From assembly GCA_016214855.1 (NCBI GenBank), contig JACRMT010000023.1, positions 19,509-83,508 of the forward strand: 64,000 nt of DNA. The letters are read 5' to 3'. Below are positions 24,051 through 33,403 of the stretch, one piece after another. A program made the position numbers and the translations under genes. A model generated the notes under the pieces. It did no database searches. It saw nothing but the letters and a program-made list of their open reading frames with translations, and had not been told where the DNA came from. How positions within the stretch are numbered: the stretch's first letter is position 1; every line of letters starts with the position of its first letter. Source of the stretch: Nitrospirota bacterium. GTDB taxonomy: Bacteria; Nitrospirota; Thermodesulfovibrionia; Thermodesulfovibrionales; UBA6898.

Positions 24051-24381
24051 GCTTTAATCCTGCAACGACCCTGCATATGCTCCTGTCAAGGTCAAGAAAC
24101 TCGGCCTCCGCAGCTGTGCTCCGTGCAACCACAACAATATCACAGCAGAGGGGATTTCCTGTCAGCAACTTTCTGAAGATCTCCCGGAGACGCCGCTTGA
24201 TTCTGTTTCTCGTAACCGCATTCCCGACCTTTCTGCTCACCACAAAGCCGAGCCTGCTCTGTTCGAGGCCATTAGGATGCACATAGAGAATAAGGTGACG
24301 GGAAGGAAATTTACGGCCCTGCTCAAAGACGTGATTGAATTCTCCTCTTCGAGTCAGCGTCTGAAGAAGGCTTCTCTTCAA
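24013..24381 (-). CDS. rnpA: Ribonuclease P protein component
   Basis: [26 protein letters not shown]...[16 protein letters not shown] is the RNase P protein motif. The probable TTG start at 24381 overlaps the rpmH stop. The longer 239-aa track ORF runs through rpmH in another frame. Confidence 0.8.
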   Translation of the reverse strand: MKRSLLQTLTRRGEFNHVFEQGRKFPSRHLILYVHPNGLEQSRLGFVVSRKVGNAVTRNRIKRRLREIFRKLLTGNPLCCDIVVVARSTAAEAEFLDLDRSICRVVAGLKHENTIHSDHQAL

Positions 24382-24518
24382 ACAGCCAGTCTTTTCCGTC
24401 CTTTTTTCCTTCTCCTCTTGATCACGTTGCGGCCGCCGACCGTGCTCATTCTTACGAGAAAGCCGTGCGTCCTCTTCTGTTTCTTGTTGTGTGGATGAAA
24501 TGTTGTATATGTTCCCAT
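24378..24518 (-). CDS. rpmH: 50S ribosomal protein L34
   Basis: It is not in the ORF track because it is only 46 aa. My translation is [46 protein letters not shown]. The KRTHGF..RM.T..GR.V...RR.KGR..L core is L34. Confidence 0.9.
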   Translation of the reverse strand: MGTYTTFHPHNKKQKRTHGFLVRMSTVGGRNVIKRRRKKGRKRLAV

Positions 24519-24825
24519 AGTTTTTTCCTGAGCGAGAATTATAACCATAGGTTTTTAAGAATGTCAAGAGGCAAGGCCGGGATAAAGCATTTTCCGTTAA
24601 ATTCGCAGAAATATCAAATAGAGGGGAAATACGAGACAGGTTTGAAAAAAGCTCCATGGCAAGGCGCGCAAGAAACAGGGAATGCGGCATAATTGAGAAT
24701 TGCGTACCGTAATGAGTTTCGAAGCGCAACACAGCATGCGGACTTTATGCAAACCAGTCAATTCTTGATAAAAGTAATATAAAGAAGGTATATTATCAGA
24801 CTAATTTTTCGTATGGAGGTCTCTC

Positions 24826-25152
24826 ATGTTTACAAACTTGGCTTATGCAATGGGCACAAACCCTCAGGCAGGACAGGGACAGGGCGGGGGACTTATGGGA
24901 TTCCTTCCTCTTATCCTTATATTTGTCATTTTTTATTTCATGCTCATCAGACCCCAGCAGAAAAGGGCAAAAGAGACAAAGGCCATGATCGAGAACCTGA
25001 AAAAAGGGGACAAGGTCATCACCTCTGGCGGCGAATATGGTGTTGTCGAAGAGGTCAAGCCGACCACCGTCATTGTCAAGATAGCTGAAAACGTTAAAGT
25101 AAAGTACGGCAAGGGCTTTATCGCTTCGGTAAGGACAGAAGAAGACGAATAG
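24826..25152 (+). CDS. yajC: Preprotein translocase subunit YajC
   Basis: PLILIFVIFYFMLIRPQQKRAKE...LKKGDKVITSGG is the YajC signature. It lies upstream of secDF. Confidence 0.9.
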   Translation: MFTNLAYAMGTNPQAGQGQGGGLMGFLPLILIFVIFYFMLIRPQQKRAKETKAMIENLKKGDKVITSGGEYGVVEEVKPTTVIVKIAENVKVKYGKGFIASVRTEEDE

Positions 25153-25230
25153 TCCATAGTAATCAGTCAGTTTCTTCACTGGTCATCATTGCAGAAAAAT
25201 CATTTGAGTTTATTTCGCGGAGGTTATTAG

Positions 25231-26853
25231 ATGAATAAGAGCATTTTCTGGAGATTCCTTTTTATCGGGATAGCTGTTGTTGCTGCAGTTGTCTTTTTTC
25301 TGCCCAATACTCCCGTATTCAAGAGTATGCCGGAGTGGTGGCAGAAGAACATGCCGAACAAGGGCATAGTGCTCGGCCTCGATCTTCAGGGCGGCCTGCA
25401 TCTTGTCTATGAGGTAGAAGCAGACAAGGCAGTCGAGTCCACAATCGAGCGTTACGCTTTCACCATAAAGGAAATGCTTCAGAAGAGGAAACTCCAGGCA
25501 GAAGTAAAAAAGAACAACCTGAACATTGAGGTAACACCCGCTTCTCAGGACATCATGAAAGCGCTCAGGGAAGGGTATAACAACCTCGACATATCCGAGT
25601 CCGGACAGATGGTCACTCTCAGGCTGAACGAAAAAGAAAGATCGTTCATTAAGGACAATGCGGCAAACCAGGCGCTCGAGACGATCAGGAACAGGATAGA
25701 CCAGTTCGGCGTTGCTGAACCTACGATCCACAGACAGGGGCAGAATGAGATCGTGGTGCAGTTACCCGGAGTAAAAGACCCTCAACGGGCGAGAGATCTG
25801 ATCGGCAGAACTGCGCTGCTTGAGTTTAAGATCGTAAACGATGAAGCGCCGCTTGCTTCTCAGCTGCCTTCTTCCATAACACCAGGCGACGAGGAGAAGA
25901 TACTGAGCCAATTTGCTGACAAGATACCTGCTGACAGCCAGATCCTTTTTGAGAAGAAGGTGAACAAGGAAACCGGTGCTGTGACGAAGTTCCCCATTCT
26001 TGTGAAAAAAGACGCTATGCTCACCGGCGCACTCCTGAGCGAGGCAAAGGTCACCCTTGATACGCAGTTCAGCACACCCCATGTATCCATTACCTTCAAT
26101 CCCGAAGGCGCGAAAAGGTTCGAGGAAGTGACCGGTGCAAATGTAAAGAAGCGACTTGCTATCATTCTTGACAACACGGTCTATTCAGCACCGGTGATCC
26201 AGGAGAAAATCGGGGGAGGCAGCGCCCAGATAACCGGAAGCTATGGCATGGAAGAGGCTAAAGACCTGAGCATCGTTCTCAAGGCTGGAGCACTTCCTGC
26301 TCCGCTCAAGATGCTTCAAAACGTGACCGTCGGACCATCGTTAGGCAGCGACTCGATCGAGGCAGGCAAAATGGCAGGCATTGCAGGAACGATTGCCGTG
26401 GCATTGTTTATGATCTTCTACTACAGGCTGTCAGGCGTTATCGCTGACTTTGCCCTGACCCTTAATATTATCCTGCTCTTCGGTGCCATGGCATCCCTGA
26501 ACGCAACGCTCAGTCTGCCGGGCATCGCAGGCATCATTCTGGCGATCGGTATGGCTGTTGACTCCAACGTGCTGATGTTCGAACGAATGAGGGACGAACT
26601 GCGCGCAGGCAAGACCCCGCGGTCTGCGGTTGATTCAGGCTACAAGAAGGCGTTCTGGACCATCTTTGACTCTCACATTACAACCTTGATCACCGCTGCT
26701 GTTCTCTACCAGTTCGGCACCGGGCCGATCAAAGGTTTTGCGGTCACACTGGGCCTCGGCGTTATGATCAACCTTTATACAGCGCTGATCGGGACCAAGT
26801 CCGTCTTCGATCTGATAAATTCCAACAGCGACGTCAAGAAGCTGAGCATATAG
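25231..26853 (+). CDS. secD: Protein translocase subunit SecD
   Basis: LGLDLQGG..., [12 protein letters not shown] and the C-terminal 6-TM domain are present. Position next to secF supports the call. Confidence 0.95.
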   Translation: MNKSIFWRFLFIGIAVVAAVVFFLPNTPVFKSMPEWWQKNMPNKGIVLGLDLQGGLHLVYEVEADKAVESTIERYAFTIKEMLQKRKLQAEVKKNNLNIEVTPASQDIMKALREGYNNLDISESGQMVTLRLNEKERSFIKDNAANQALETIRNRIDQFGVAEPTIHRQGQNEIVVQLPGVKDPQRARDLIGRTALLEFKIVNDEAPLASQLPSSITPGDEEKILSQFADKIPADSQILFEKKVNKETGAVTKFPILVKKDAMLTGALLSEAKVTLDTQFSTPHVSITFNPEGAKRFEEVTGANVKKRLAIILDNTVYSAPVIQEKIGGGSAQITGSYGMEEAKDLSIVLKAGALPAPLKMLQNVTVGPSLGSDSIEAGKMAGIAGTIAVALFMIFYYRLSGVIADFALTLNIILLFGAMASLNATLSLPGIAGIILAIGMAVDSNVLMFERMRDELRAGKTPRSAVDSGYKKAFWTIFDSHITTLITAAVLYQFGTGPIKGFAVTLGLGVMINLYTALIGTKSVFDLINSNSDVKKLSI

Positions 26854-26861
26854 GAGAGACC

Positions 26862-27776
26862 ATGTTTGAACTCGTTAAAAATACAAAGATAGATTTTTTG
26901 GGGAAAAAATATATTGCCTTTGTCCTGTCCGGCCTCATCTCGATCATCGGCCTTTTCGCGATATATCAGATCGCACACGGCAGGGCAAACCTCGGCATAG
27001 ACTTTGCGGGCGGCACATCCGTGCAGCTCAAGTTCGAAAAACCAACAAAGGTTCATGACATCAGAAAAGCGCTTGAGGATGGCGGCATCAAGGACTTTGA
27101 CCTCCAGGAACTGACCGGTGAGAACAAGATACTTATCCGGGCAAAGAACATCGAGATACAGCTGGGCAAGGTGTCAGAACAGATCACCAGCGTTATCAGT
27201 CAGAAGTTTCCGGAAAACAAGTTTGTTGTGGATTCGACAACTGAGATCGGCCCCAAGGTCGGCGGCAAGCTTCGCGCAGATGCGGGCATGGCGATCGTCG
27301 TATCAACGATCGGCATTCTTATCTATATTGCGATCAGGTTCAAGCTCAACTTTGCGGTCGGCGCTACCGTTGCAACATTTCACGATGTAACCGCAGTGTT
27401 AGGCATCTTCTTCCTGTTAGGCAAGGAGATCAATCTCATCCTTGTAACCGCGCTGCTGACCATCGCCGGCTATTCGCTGACCGACACGGTCGTTGTTTTT
27501 GACAGGATCAGGGAAAACCTCCGCACGCGGCTTAAGGACCCGGTTGAAGGCGTAATGAACCTGAGCATCAATGAGGTACTGTCGAGGACCATCGTTACAT
27601 CGTTCACGGTTCTCCTTACGTCGATCGCTCTCTTCTTTTTCGGCGGGGAGGTGCTCCACGACTTCAGTCTGGCAATGATCCTGGGCGTTCTGGTCGGCAC
27701 CTATTCATCGATCTTTGTTGCAAGCCCGATCGTGCTCCTCTGGGGCGGCAACAAGGCCTTTGCAAAGAAATCGTGA
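26862..27776 (+). CDS. secF: Protein translocase subunit SecF
   Basis: NLGIDFAGGT... and the C-terminal TM bundle with DTVVVFDRIREN are present. Confidence 0.95.
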   Translation: MFELVKNTKIDFLGKKYIAFVLSGLISIIGLFAIYQIAHGRANLGIDFAGGTSVQLKFEKPTKVHDIRKALEDGGIKDFDLQELTGENKILIRAKNIEIQLGKVSEQITSVISQKFPENKFVVDSTTEIGPKVGGKLRADAGMAIVVSTIGILIYIAIRFKLNFAVGATVATFHDVTAVLGIFFLLGKEINLILVTALLTIAGYSLTDTVVVFDRIRENLRTRLKDPVEGVMNLSINEVLSRTIVTSFTVLLTSIALFFFGGEVLHDFSLAMILGVLVGTYSSIFVASPIVLLWGGNKAFAKKS

Positions 27777-27800
27777 TGTGTGATGAGTAAAGAGTAATGC
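27773..27800. repeat. Heptanucleotide tandem repeat (4 units)
   Basis: The units are GTGATGT GTGATGA GTAAAGA GTAATGC, starting inside the secF stop codon. It belongs to the same family, in reverse orientation, as the arrays at 27864, 28474 and 43788. Confidence 0.6.
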
Positions 27801-27826
27801 ATAAAGACGAGAGGATTGCGTCTTTA
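27801..27826 (+). terminator. Candidate intrinsic terminator after secF
   Basis: ATAAAGACG-agaggatt-CGTCTTTAT is followed by TTAAT. The 9-bp stem is AT-rich, so the call is moderate. Confidence 0.45.
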
Positions 27827-27863
27827 TTTAATCGGCCACAGTCTCTTTTGTTTCATTCTCACA

Positions 27864-27894
27864 CTGATTACGCATTACAGATCACGCGTTACGG
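27864..27894. repeat. Heptanucleotide tandem repeat (4.4 units)
   Basis: The units are CTGATTA CGCATTA CAGATCA CGCGTTA CGG, immediately upstream of the recJ ATG. Confidence 0.6.
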
Positions 27895-27899
27895 CCTCT

Positions 27900-29687
27900 A
27901 TGCATAGGCGCTGGCTCCTTAACAAGACCAACGCTGAATTCATTTCCTATCTTTCCCGTGCAGCTTCGATCTCCCCGGTATTCTCCCAGATCCTTATCAA
28001 TCGCGGCATAAAGACAGCAGCCGAAGTGCAGGACTTTCTGCACCCTCGGGTTACCGGTCTATCAGACCCCTTTGACCTTCACAATGTAAGGCCGGCAATT
28101 GAGCGGATCAAGGCTGCGCGCAAACAGGGGGAGCGGGTCTTTGTTCACGGCGACTATGATGCAGACGGCCTGACAGCCACAGCTATCATGGTGAGTGCGC
28201 TCAGGACAGCAGGTCTGGACGTCCACTACTTTATTCCCAGCAGGATGACCCATGGTTACGGGTTTAATATCATAGGCGTGGAAACAGCCCAAAAGGCCGG
28301 CGCAAGATTGATCATAACCGTAGACTGCGGCATCAGTTCTTTTGAAGCTGCAGCTCATGCGCAAAGCCTGGGGATCGACCTGATCATCACTGACCACCAC
28401 GAGCCGACACGGAAAGAAGGGACAAAGAACAAGGGGCAAGGGGCAGAGGATTCCAGTGACGGTCAAGAACTGGTTACGCATCACGCGTCACGCATCACGG
28501 ATTTTATGATTCCTCATGCCGTGGCAGTCATCAATCCAAAGTGTTCTCCTGATGGTTCACGCCTCACGGTCCTCTGCGGCGCCGGCATTGCCTTTAAGCT
28601 TGCCCAGGCAATGGCAATAGATAACGACATCACCTTTTCAGAAGATGACCTTATGCCGCTCCTGGACCTTGCTGCCCTCGGCACGATTGCAGATGTCGTT
28701 CCCCTTATCGGCGAGAACAGGATCATTGTCAGGGAGGCCATGCAGCATATTCAGGATGGGAACAGGCTCGGCATGAGGGCGCTGAAGCAGGCCGCGGGAC
28801 TGGACAATAAACAGCTGAGAACCGGCCTTCTTGCCTTCACCCTGGTCCCGAGGATCAATGCCGCAGGCAGGGTCGGCGATGCACAGGACGTGGTGAAGCT
28901 TTTTCTCTCTGATGCTGAGCAGGAGGCCTACGATCTTGCAGCGTGGCTTGACCGGACAAACAGCGAACGCAGGAAGATCGAGGAGATCGTTTATCAGGAT
29001 GCGCTGTCAGAACTAAGAGGAATTGATCCGGCAGCGGTAATCATGCTTGCCAAAGAAGGATGGCATCCCGGCGTGTTAGGCATTGCGGCATCAAAGATTG
29101 CGGACTCCTTTAATCTCCCTGCCTTTATTTTCACGATCGAGAACGGCATCGCCAAGGGCTCCAGCCGCAGCATTCCGGCATTTGATATCTGTGCCGGGCT
29201 TTCAGAATGCAGGGATCTTCTTATCGCTTTTGGCGGCCACAAGCAGGCTGCAGGGGTAAGACTCAGGGCAGACAACCTCCCTGCCTTTGAACAGCGGCTG
29301 CGGCAGATCATTCAAAGAGACGTCTCCCCGGAAGACCTTGTCCCCACCCTTGAGATACATGCCTCTGTTCTGCTCAACCAGCTGGACACACAACTCATGC
29401 ATGAGATCGAACTGCTCGAACCTTTTGGCCATGGCAACCCGGAACCTCTCCTTGGCGCCAGGGAGCTCGAGATCATGTATCCAAAAGTGCTCAAGGACCG
29501 CCACCTGAAAATGAAGCTCAAAAAAAGCGCATCGTATATTGATGCCATAGGCTGGGACATGGGCCACCTGCTTGAAGATCTCGGCCAGGCAGCTATCTTT
29601 GACGCTGTCTTTACGCCCTCGTATAACGACTGGAACGGCAACAGGAGCATCCAGCTTGTCCTCAAGGGACTTCGCCCCTCTGCGTAG
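27900..29687 (+). CDS. recJ: Single-stranded-DNA-specific exonuclease RecJ
   Basis: The DHH-family motifs HGDYDADG, TVDCG and ITDHHEP are present, with the DHHA1 region ...FGGHKQAAG. I chose the ATG at 27900 (MHRRWLL...). The track ORF begins at 27816 inside the repeat region. Confidence 0.9.
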   Translation: MHRRWLLNKTNAEFISYLSRAASISPVFSQILINRGIKTAAEVQDFLHPRVTGLSDPFDLHNVRPAIERIKAARKQGERVFVHGDYDADGLTATAIMVSALRTAGLDVHYFIPSRMTHGYGFNIIGVETAQKAGARLIITVDCGISSFEAAAHAQSLGIDLIITDHHEPTRKEGTKNKGQGAEDSSDGQELVTHHASRITDFMIPHAVAVINPKCSPDGSRLTVLCGAGIAFKLAQAMAIDNDITFSEDDLMPLLDLAALGTIADVVPLIGENRIIVREAMQHIQDGNRLGMRALKQAAGLDNKQLRTGLLAFTLVPRINAAGRVGDAQDVVKLFLSDAEQEAYDLAAWLDRTNSERRKIEEIVYQDALSELRGIDPAAVIMLAKEGWHPGVLGIAASKIADSFNLPAFIFTIENGIAKGSSRSIPAFDICAGLSECRDLLIAFGGHKQAAGVRLRADNLPAFEQRLRQIIQRDVSPEDLVPTLEIHASVLLNQLDTQLMHEIELLEPFGHGNPEPLLGARELEIMYPKVLKDRHLKMKLKKSASYIDAIGWDMGHLLEDLGQAAIFDAVFTPSYNDWNGNRSIQLVLKGLRPSA

Positions 29688-29858
29688 CAAAAGCCGTTCA
29701 AGGGGTCGTCCCGACGAGTTGGGATCAGCTCCACCATTTATTCCCTGTCCAAATCCGTTATGCAATAGCGCATCATCTTTACATTCTTCCGATAGATCTG
29801 CCCAAACTTCTGCTATAATTTGACAAGTTTGTTGCCGTAAGGTAATGGGGGACGTGAA

Positions 29859-30183
29859 ATGAAGAGCGACAAAGAACAGAATAATCATATCGCCCTGTTT
29901 AAGGGCAAGGCGATCAGAAAGACCCTGCATAACAAGGAGTGGTGGTTTTCGGTCGTTGATGTAATTGCCGTGCTGACGGATAGTCCTACTCCCAGGCAAT
30001 ACTGGGGCAAGGTTAAGCAGCGCGAGTTTCTGGATCTTCAGTTGTCCCCAGTTTGGATACAACTGAAATTGGAAAGCGCAGACGGTAAAAAAATATGAAA
30101 CCGACTGCGCCAATACCGAAGGCATGTTCCGCATTATCCAGTCTATCCCCTCACCTAAGGCTGAGCCTGCATGCCATCATTGA
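29859..30183 (+). pseudogene. Bro-N / antirepressor-like gene fragment, frameshifted in an A7 run and 3'-truncated
   Basis: The track ORF ends ...ESADGKKI*. Dropping one A from the A7 run at 30087-30093 continues it as YETDCANTEGMFRIIQSIPSPKAEP, a motif I recognise from Bro-N family proteins. It then ends abruptly (ACHH*). Confidence 0.6.
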
Positions 30184-30248
30184 TGGCAATGCCATATTGG
30201 CTACTTGCAAATAAATTAGGGAATTATTGGGTTTATGATATTTTATGC

Positions 30249-30300
30249 GAACATGGCCCAAATAACTTGAATCTATGTGAATAGTATTTGGTCCATGTTC
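30249..30300. repeat. 16-bp inverted repeat with a 20-nt spacer
   Basis: GAACATGGCCCAAATA ... TATTTGGTCCATGTTC has one mismatch. It sits in the AT-rich spacer upstream of the first TPR gene. Confidence 0.55.
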
Positions 30301-30369
30301 TATTCCATATCTCCATTAAAGCAATGAAACTGAAGTATAAGGAGGGCTGCATAAATACTGGGAGACGGG

Positions 30370-31536
30370 ATGAAGGTCACGAGTGACAAAGCTAAGCTAT
30401 TCCTCGCTGTAACGATATTGCTTCTTGTTGTGCAGACAGCAATTGCCGAAGATCTGCTTTCATACCATGAAAAAACTGGAACTTTGGAAATTATCTTGGC
30501 CAAGTTGTCCCAAGCTGAGCCCACGTTTTTTGTTCCGATAACTGCACAGGACTACTTTAATCGAGCTGAAAAATATCATAAGGAAGATCAGATAGACCGT
30601 GCTCTCCTTGACTATGACAAGGCCCTTGATATTGATCCGGCAATGGTAATGGCATATGAGAGGCGGGGTTCAATCTATGCCCGAGAGGAGAAATATGAGC
30701 GTGCAGTCGCCGACTTTAACCGGGCCATAGGGCTTAATCTGCACACAGCTTCCGTATTTGCAATGAGGGGCGCTGCATATAGCGACCTCAAGGAGTATGA
30801 ACTTGCCATTGATGACCTTTCCCGGTCGATCAAAATGGATAGCAAGCGTGCCGATACTTATCGTCTCAGGGGAGAAGCATATAGTGTTCTGCACGATTAT
30901 GGTATGGCTGCGGCTGACATGAAGAAATCTATTGAACTAAATCCGAAAGCCTGCTGTGAATTTCATATGCTTGGTGATTATCTCATGCAACAGGGAGAAA
31001 CAGAGCAGGCCATTATACAGTACACAAAGGCCACTGAGTGTGAGCCAAACCACGACACCGCATATATCCATAGAGGTCTTGTATACTATCGCACCGGGCG
31101 ATTTGCGAATGCTTTTGCGGACTTTACATCGGTCACTGACAAGGCAAGGACCTACGATTATGTTCTTCTTTATGCGCACATTGCTGGTCGAAAAAGCAAT
31201 ATCCAAGGACTCGATGACTTTACTCATATGCTATCTGTCCTCTTCTCCAAAAAATCCGCTGATCAATGGATAGTGCAGCTCGCAGGCTATCTTCTTGGAG
31301 ACAGCATGAATGAGGGAAAGCTGATAGAAGAGGCGAAAAAGGGTAAAGATACCGATGACATCAACGGGCGGCTCTGCGAGGCATATTATTTCATCGCCGA
31401 AAAGCTTCTTTTGCAGGGAGCTACCGGAATGGCAGAAGAGTACTTCAGGAAAAGCATTGACACCGGCGTGCAGGATTTCATGGAACCGGAAACTTCAAAG
31501 GCCATGCTGAGGATGTTAGATGGCAATGAAAAATAG
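30370..31536 (+). CDS. Secreted TPR-repeat protein
   Basis: It has a signal peptide (LFLAVTILLLVVQTAIA). There are multiple 34-residue TPR units (AL.DYDKALDIDP, AVADFNRAIGLN, AIDDLSRSIKMD, ...). Confidence 0.8.
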   Translation: MKVTSDKAKLFLAVTILLLVVQTAIAEDLLSYHEKTGTLEIILAKLSQAEPTFFVPITAQDYFNRAEKYHKEDQIDRALLDYDKALDIDPAMVMAYERRGSIYAREEKYERAVADFNRAIGLNLHTASVFAMRGAAYSDLKEYELAIDDLSRSIKMDSKRADTYRLRGEAYSVLHDYGMAAADMKKSIELNPKACCEFHMLGDYLMQQGETEQAIIQYTKATECEPNHDTAYIHRGLVYYRTGRFANAFADFTSVTDKARTYDYVLLYAHIAGRKSNIQGLDDFTHMLSVLFSKKSADQWIVQLAGYLLGDSMNEGKLIEEAKKGKDTDDINGRLCEAYYFIAEKLLLQGATGMAEEYFRKSIDTGVQDFMEPETSKAMLRMLDGNEK

Positions 31537-31576
31537 TGCCTCGAAAACTATAAGCAAGGGAAGTGGAGGAGATACT

Positions 31577-32734
31577 ATGGAGAAATACTTCAAAATCATA
31601 GCAATGGTATTGATTATCGCCAGTGTTTCCATGCTGAATATGAATGAAGCATCTGCTGCAGAAAAGCCAAAATTCGCTGATGCGGACAAAGTCAACGCGC
31701 TGTATCTTTCTGGTGAAACGAAAAAGGCCAAAGAGTTGATGCTCAAGGCCCCTGAGAACCAGCGGGACATAGGCTGGTACGGCTTTATGATTCACCTGCA
31801 GATAAGACTCGGTGAATCGAAGGATGCAGAAATAACCGCTAAGGCAAGTATTTCACGATACCCTAAAGAGTCTTCCCTATACCTAAGCCTGGCCTCTGCC
31901 TATTCAGCGCAGAAGGAATATGAAAAGGCCCTGGAGACTATAGAGCAGGCAAGAGCTTTTGCGGCTCAAGACAAAAAGGAACGCGGCTGGGTACTGGACG
32001 AAAAGGCCCGCATCTACAAATCCATGGGTGAGTATGAGAAGGCTAAGAAAACCTACGATGAACTTTTACAATTTGACGCAGGTAATATCAATTACATTCT
32101 CAACTCCATGATGATAGAATCTGCGCTTGGCAACTATTCAATATGTAGTGCACGCTTTGAAAAAGCAAAGGCTGATGGGATCAGCCCATATGGCGAGAAC
32201 GTGGGAATCCAGTTTCTCAGTATTGCAGCTTACCACAGCGGGAATAATGAAGACGCGAAGAAACATACCAGGCAGCTTCGGATGAAAAATACCGGAACGT
32301 TCAACAGCGAGATTGCGTTTATGAGTTTCGTTCTTGACTATGAAGCTGATGCCGTCATTGAAATGCTCAGAGGCACCCAGCCGCCGGGAGGAGATACAAC
32401 CTCTATCTACTATGCGGGGTTGAAGGCGAGAAAGGGCGATGAAGCTATGCTGAACAATATACTTGCAAAGTGGAGCGAGCTTACCGCTGGAGAACTGGAA
32501 GCGCTTGCGATTGTGCTTGTCCACCTGAAGTATCAGGAAGCTCTTGTTGTCGCACAAAACCTCTATGAGAAGAATCCGCGAGATCCAGATTATAATTATC
32601 TGCTTGCATTTGCCCACAAGAATAGCGGTAAAGACTATCGGAAATACTCCGAGTATGCCATCAGTAAGGCACCGAACAATAAGGTGTATGGGGCACTATT
32701 GAAAGGAGGTAACGATACCGGGCAGCGGCAGTGA
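31577..32734 (+). CDS. Secreted TPR-repeat protein
   Basis: I chose the ATG at 31577, 5 nt after GGAGGAG (MEKYFKIIAMVLIIASVSMLNMNEASA signal). TPR-like repeats run throughout. Confidence 0.8.
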   Translation: MEKYFKIIAMVLIIASVSMLNMNEASAAEKPKFADADKVNALYLSGETKKAKELMLKAPENQRDIGWYGFMIHLQIRLGESKDAEITAKASISRYPKESSLYLSLASAYSAQKEYEKALETIEQARAFAAQDKKERGWVLDEKARIYKSMGEYEKAKKTYDELLQFDAGNINYILNSMMIESALGNYSICSARFEKAKADGISPYGENVGIQFLSIAAYHSGNNEDAKKHTRQLRMKNTGTFNSEIAFMSFVLDYEADAVIEMLRGTQPPGGDTTSIYYAGLKARKGDEAMLNNILAKWSELTAGELEALAIVLVHLKYQEALVVAQNLYEKNPRDPDYNYLLAFAHKNSGKDYRKYSEYAISKAPNNKVYGALLKGGNDTGQRQ

Positions 32735-32862
32735 TAGCATGAAACTTCTCACCGGAGAGAACGGCATGCCTGAGTGGTAAAACCGCATACAGCCTACGGC
32801 ATTGAGATGACGAAGGCTTTGCTCTGAAAAGCAAATACAAAAAAACCATTGAACGGGAGGTA

Positions 32863-33384
32863 ATGATGAAATACTTATCGGTCATTGTTGGTCTTGTGCT
32901 ATCTGTTTTGGCTGGTCTTGTCGTGGCGCATAATGCTAACGCAGGAGAATCCTACTCGGCCGACATAGTAGAGTTTGGCGTATATAAAGCTGGTAACTTG
33001 AAGCAGGTAGAAGACGAACCAAGCCCAACAGGAACGCGCAATAAGGTAACAGGCCTTCAACTCGTTGAGCAGACAGAAAGGATACCGGGAAAACTCAACA
33101 ATCGTTTTGGAGTCAAATGGAAAATCAATGGCCCCGTGAAGGACGAAAACATCGAATACATCAGAATGGTTAAATTTCCGCGACCCATGAAAAAAGCTGA
33201 TGGCTCAACGCAGGAAGTTTATCGTTCTACAAAGCCTGCCAAGGTCGGGCAAATAACCTATGACGGATATGGCTTTGACAACGAATGGGAAATAATCCCC
33301 GGTATATGGACATTTGAAATCTGGGTGCAGGGCAAGAAACTGGCTGAAAAGTCCTTAACTGTCTACGCGCCGACCACAGAGTGA
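32863..33384 (+). CDS. Secreted protein, DUF3859-like
   Basis: It has a signal peptide. The pattern EFGVY...IP.KLN..FGV.W...G...W.F.I is paralogous to the next gene. The family assignment is from memory. The start may be 32866. Confidence 0.55.
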   Translation: MMKYLSVIVGLVLSVLAGLVVAHNANAGESYSADIVEFGVYKAGNLKQVEDEPSPTGTRNKVTGLQLVEQTERIPGKLNNRFGVKWKINGPVKDENIEYIRMVKFPRPMKKADGSTQEVYRSTKPAKVGQITYDGYGFDNEWEIIPGIWTFEIWVQGKKLAEKSLTVYAPTTE

Positions 33385-33403
33385 ATAGTTGAGCTATGCG
33401 GCA

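Noticed and set aside
24013-24732. The 239-aa track ORF taken as a single gene.
   Set aside because: Only the C-terminal ~122 aa is RnpA. The upstream part reads through rpmH in another frame and through the promoter region.
24519-24825. A possible replication origin next to the rpmH-rnpA-yidD-yidC-mnmE cluster.
   Set aside because: dnaA is not adjacent, since yajC-secDF follows instead. I found no cluster of TTATCCACA-like DnaA boxes in the spacer; the best matches have 2 mismatches.
27773-28500. The heptamer arrays as a CRISPR array or minisatellite-encoded peptide gene.
   Set aside because: The units are 7 nt with no spacers and arrays are at most 50 nt. The track ORF that reads through the 27864 array (27816 start) is better explained by the recJ start at 27900.
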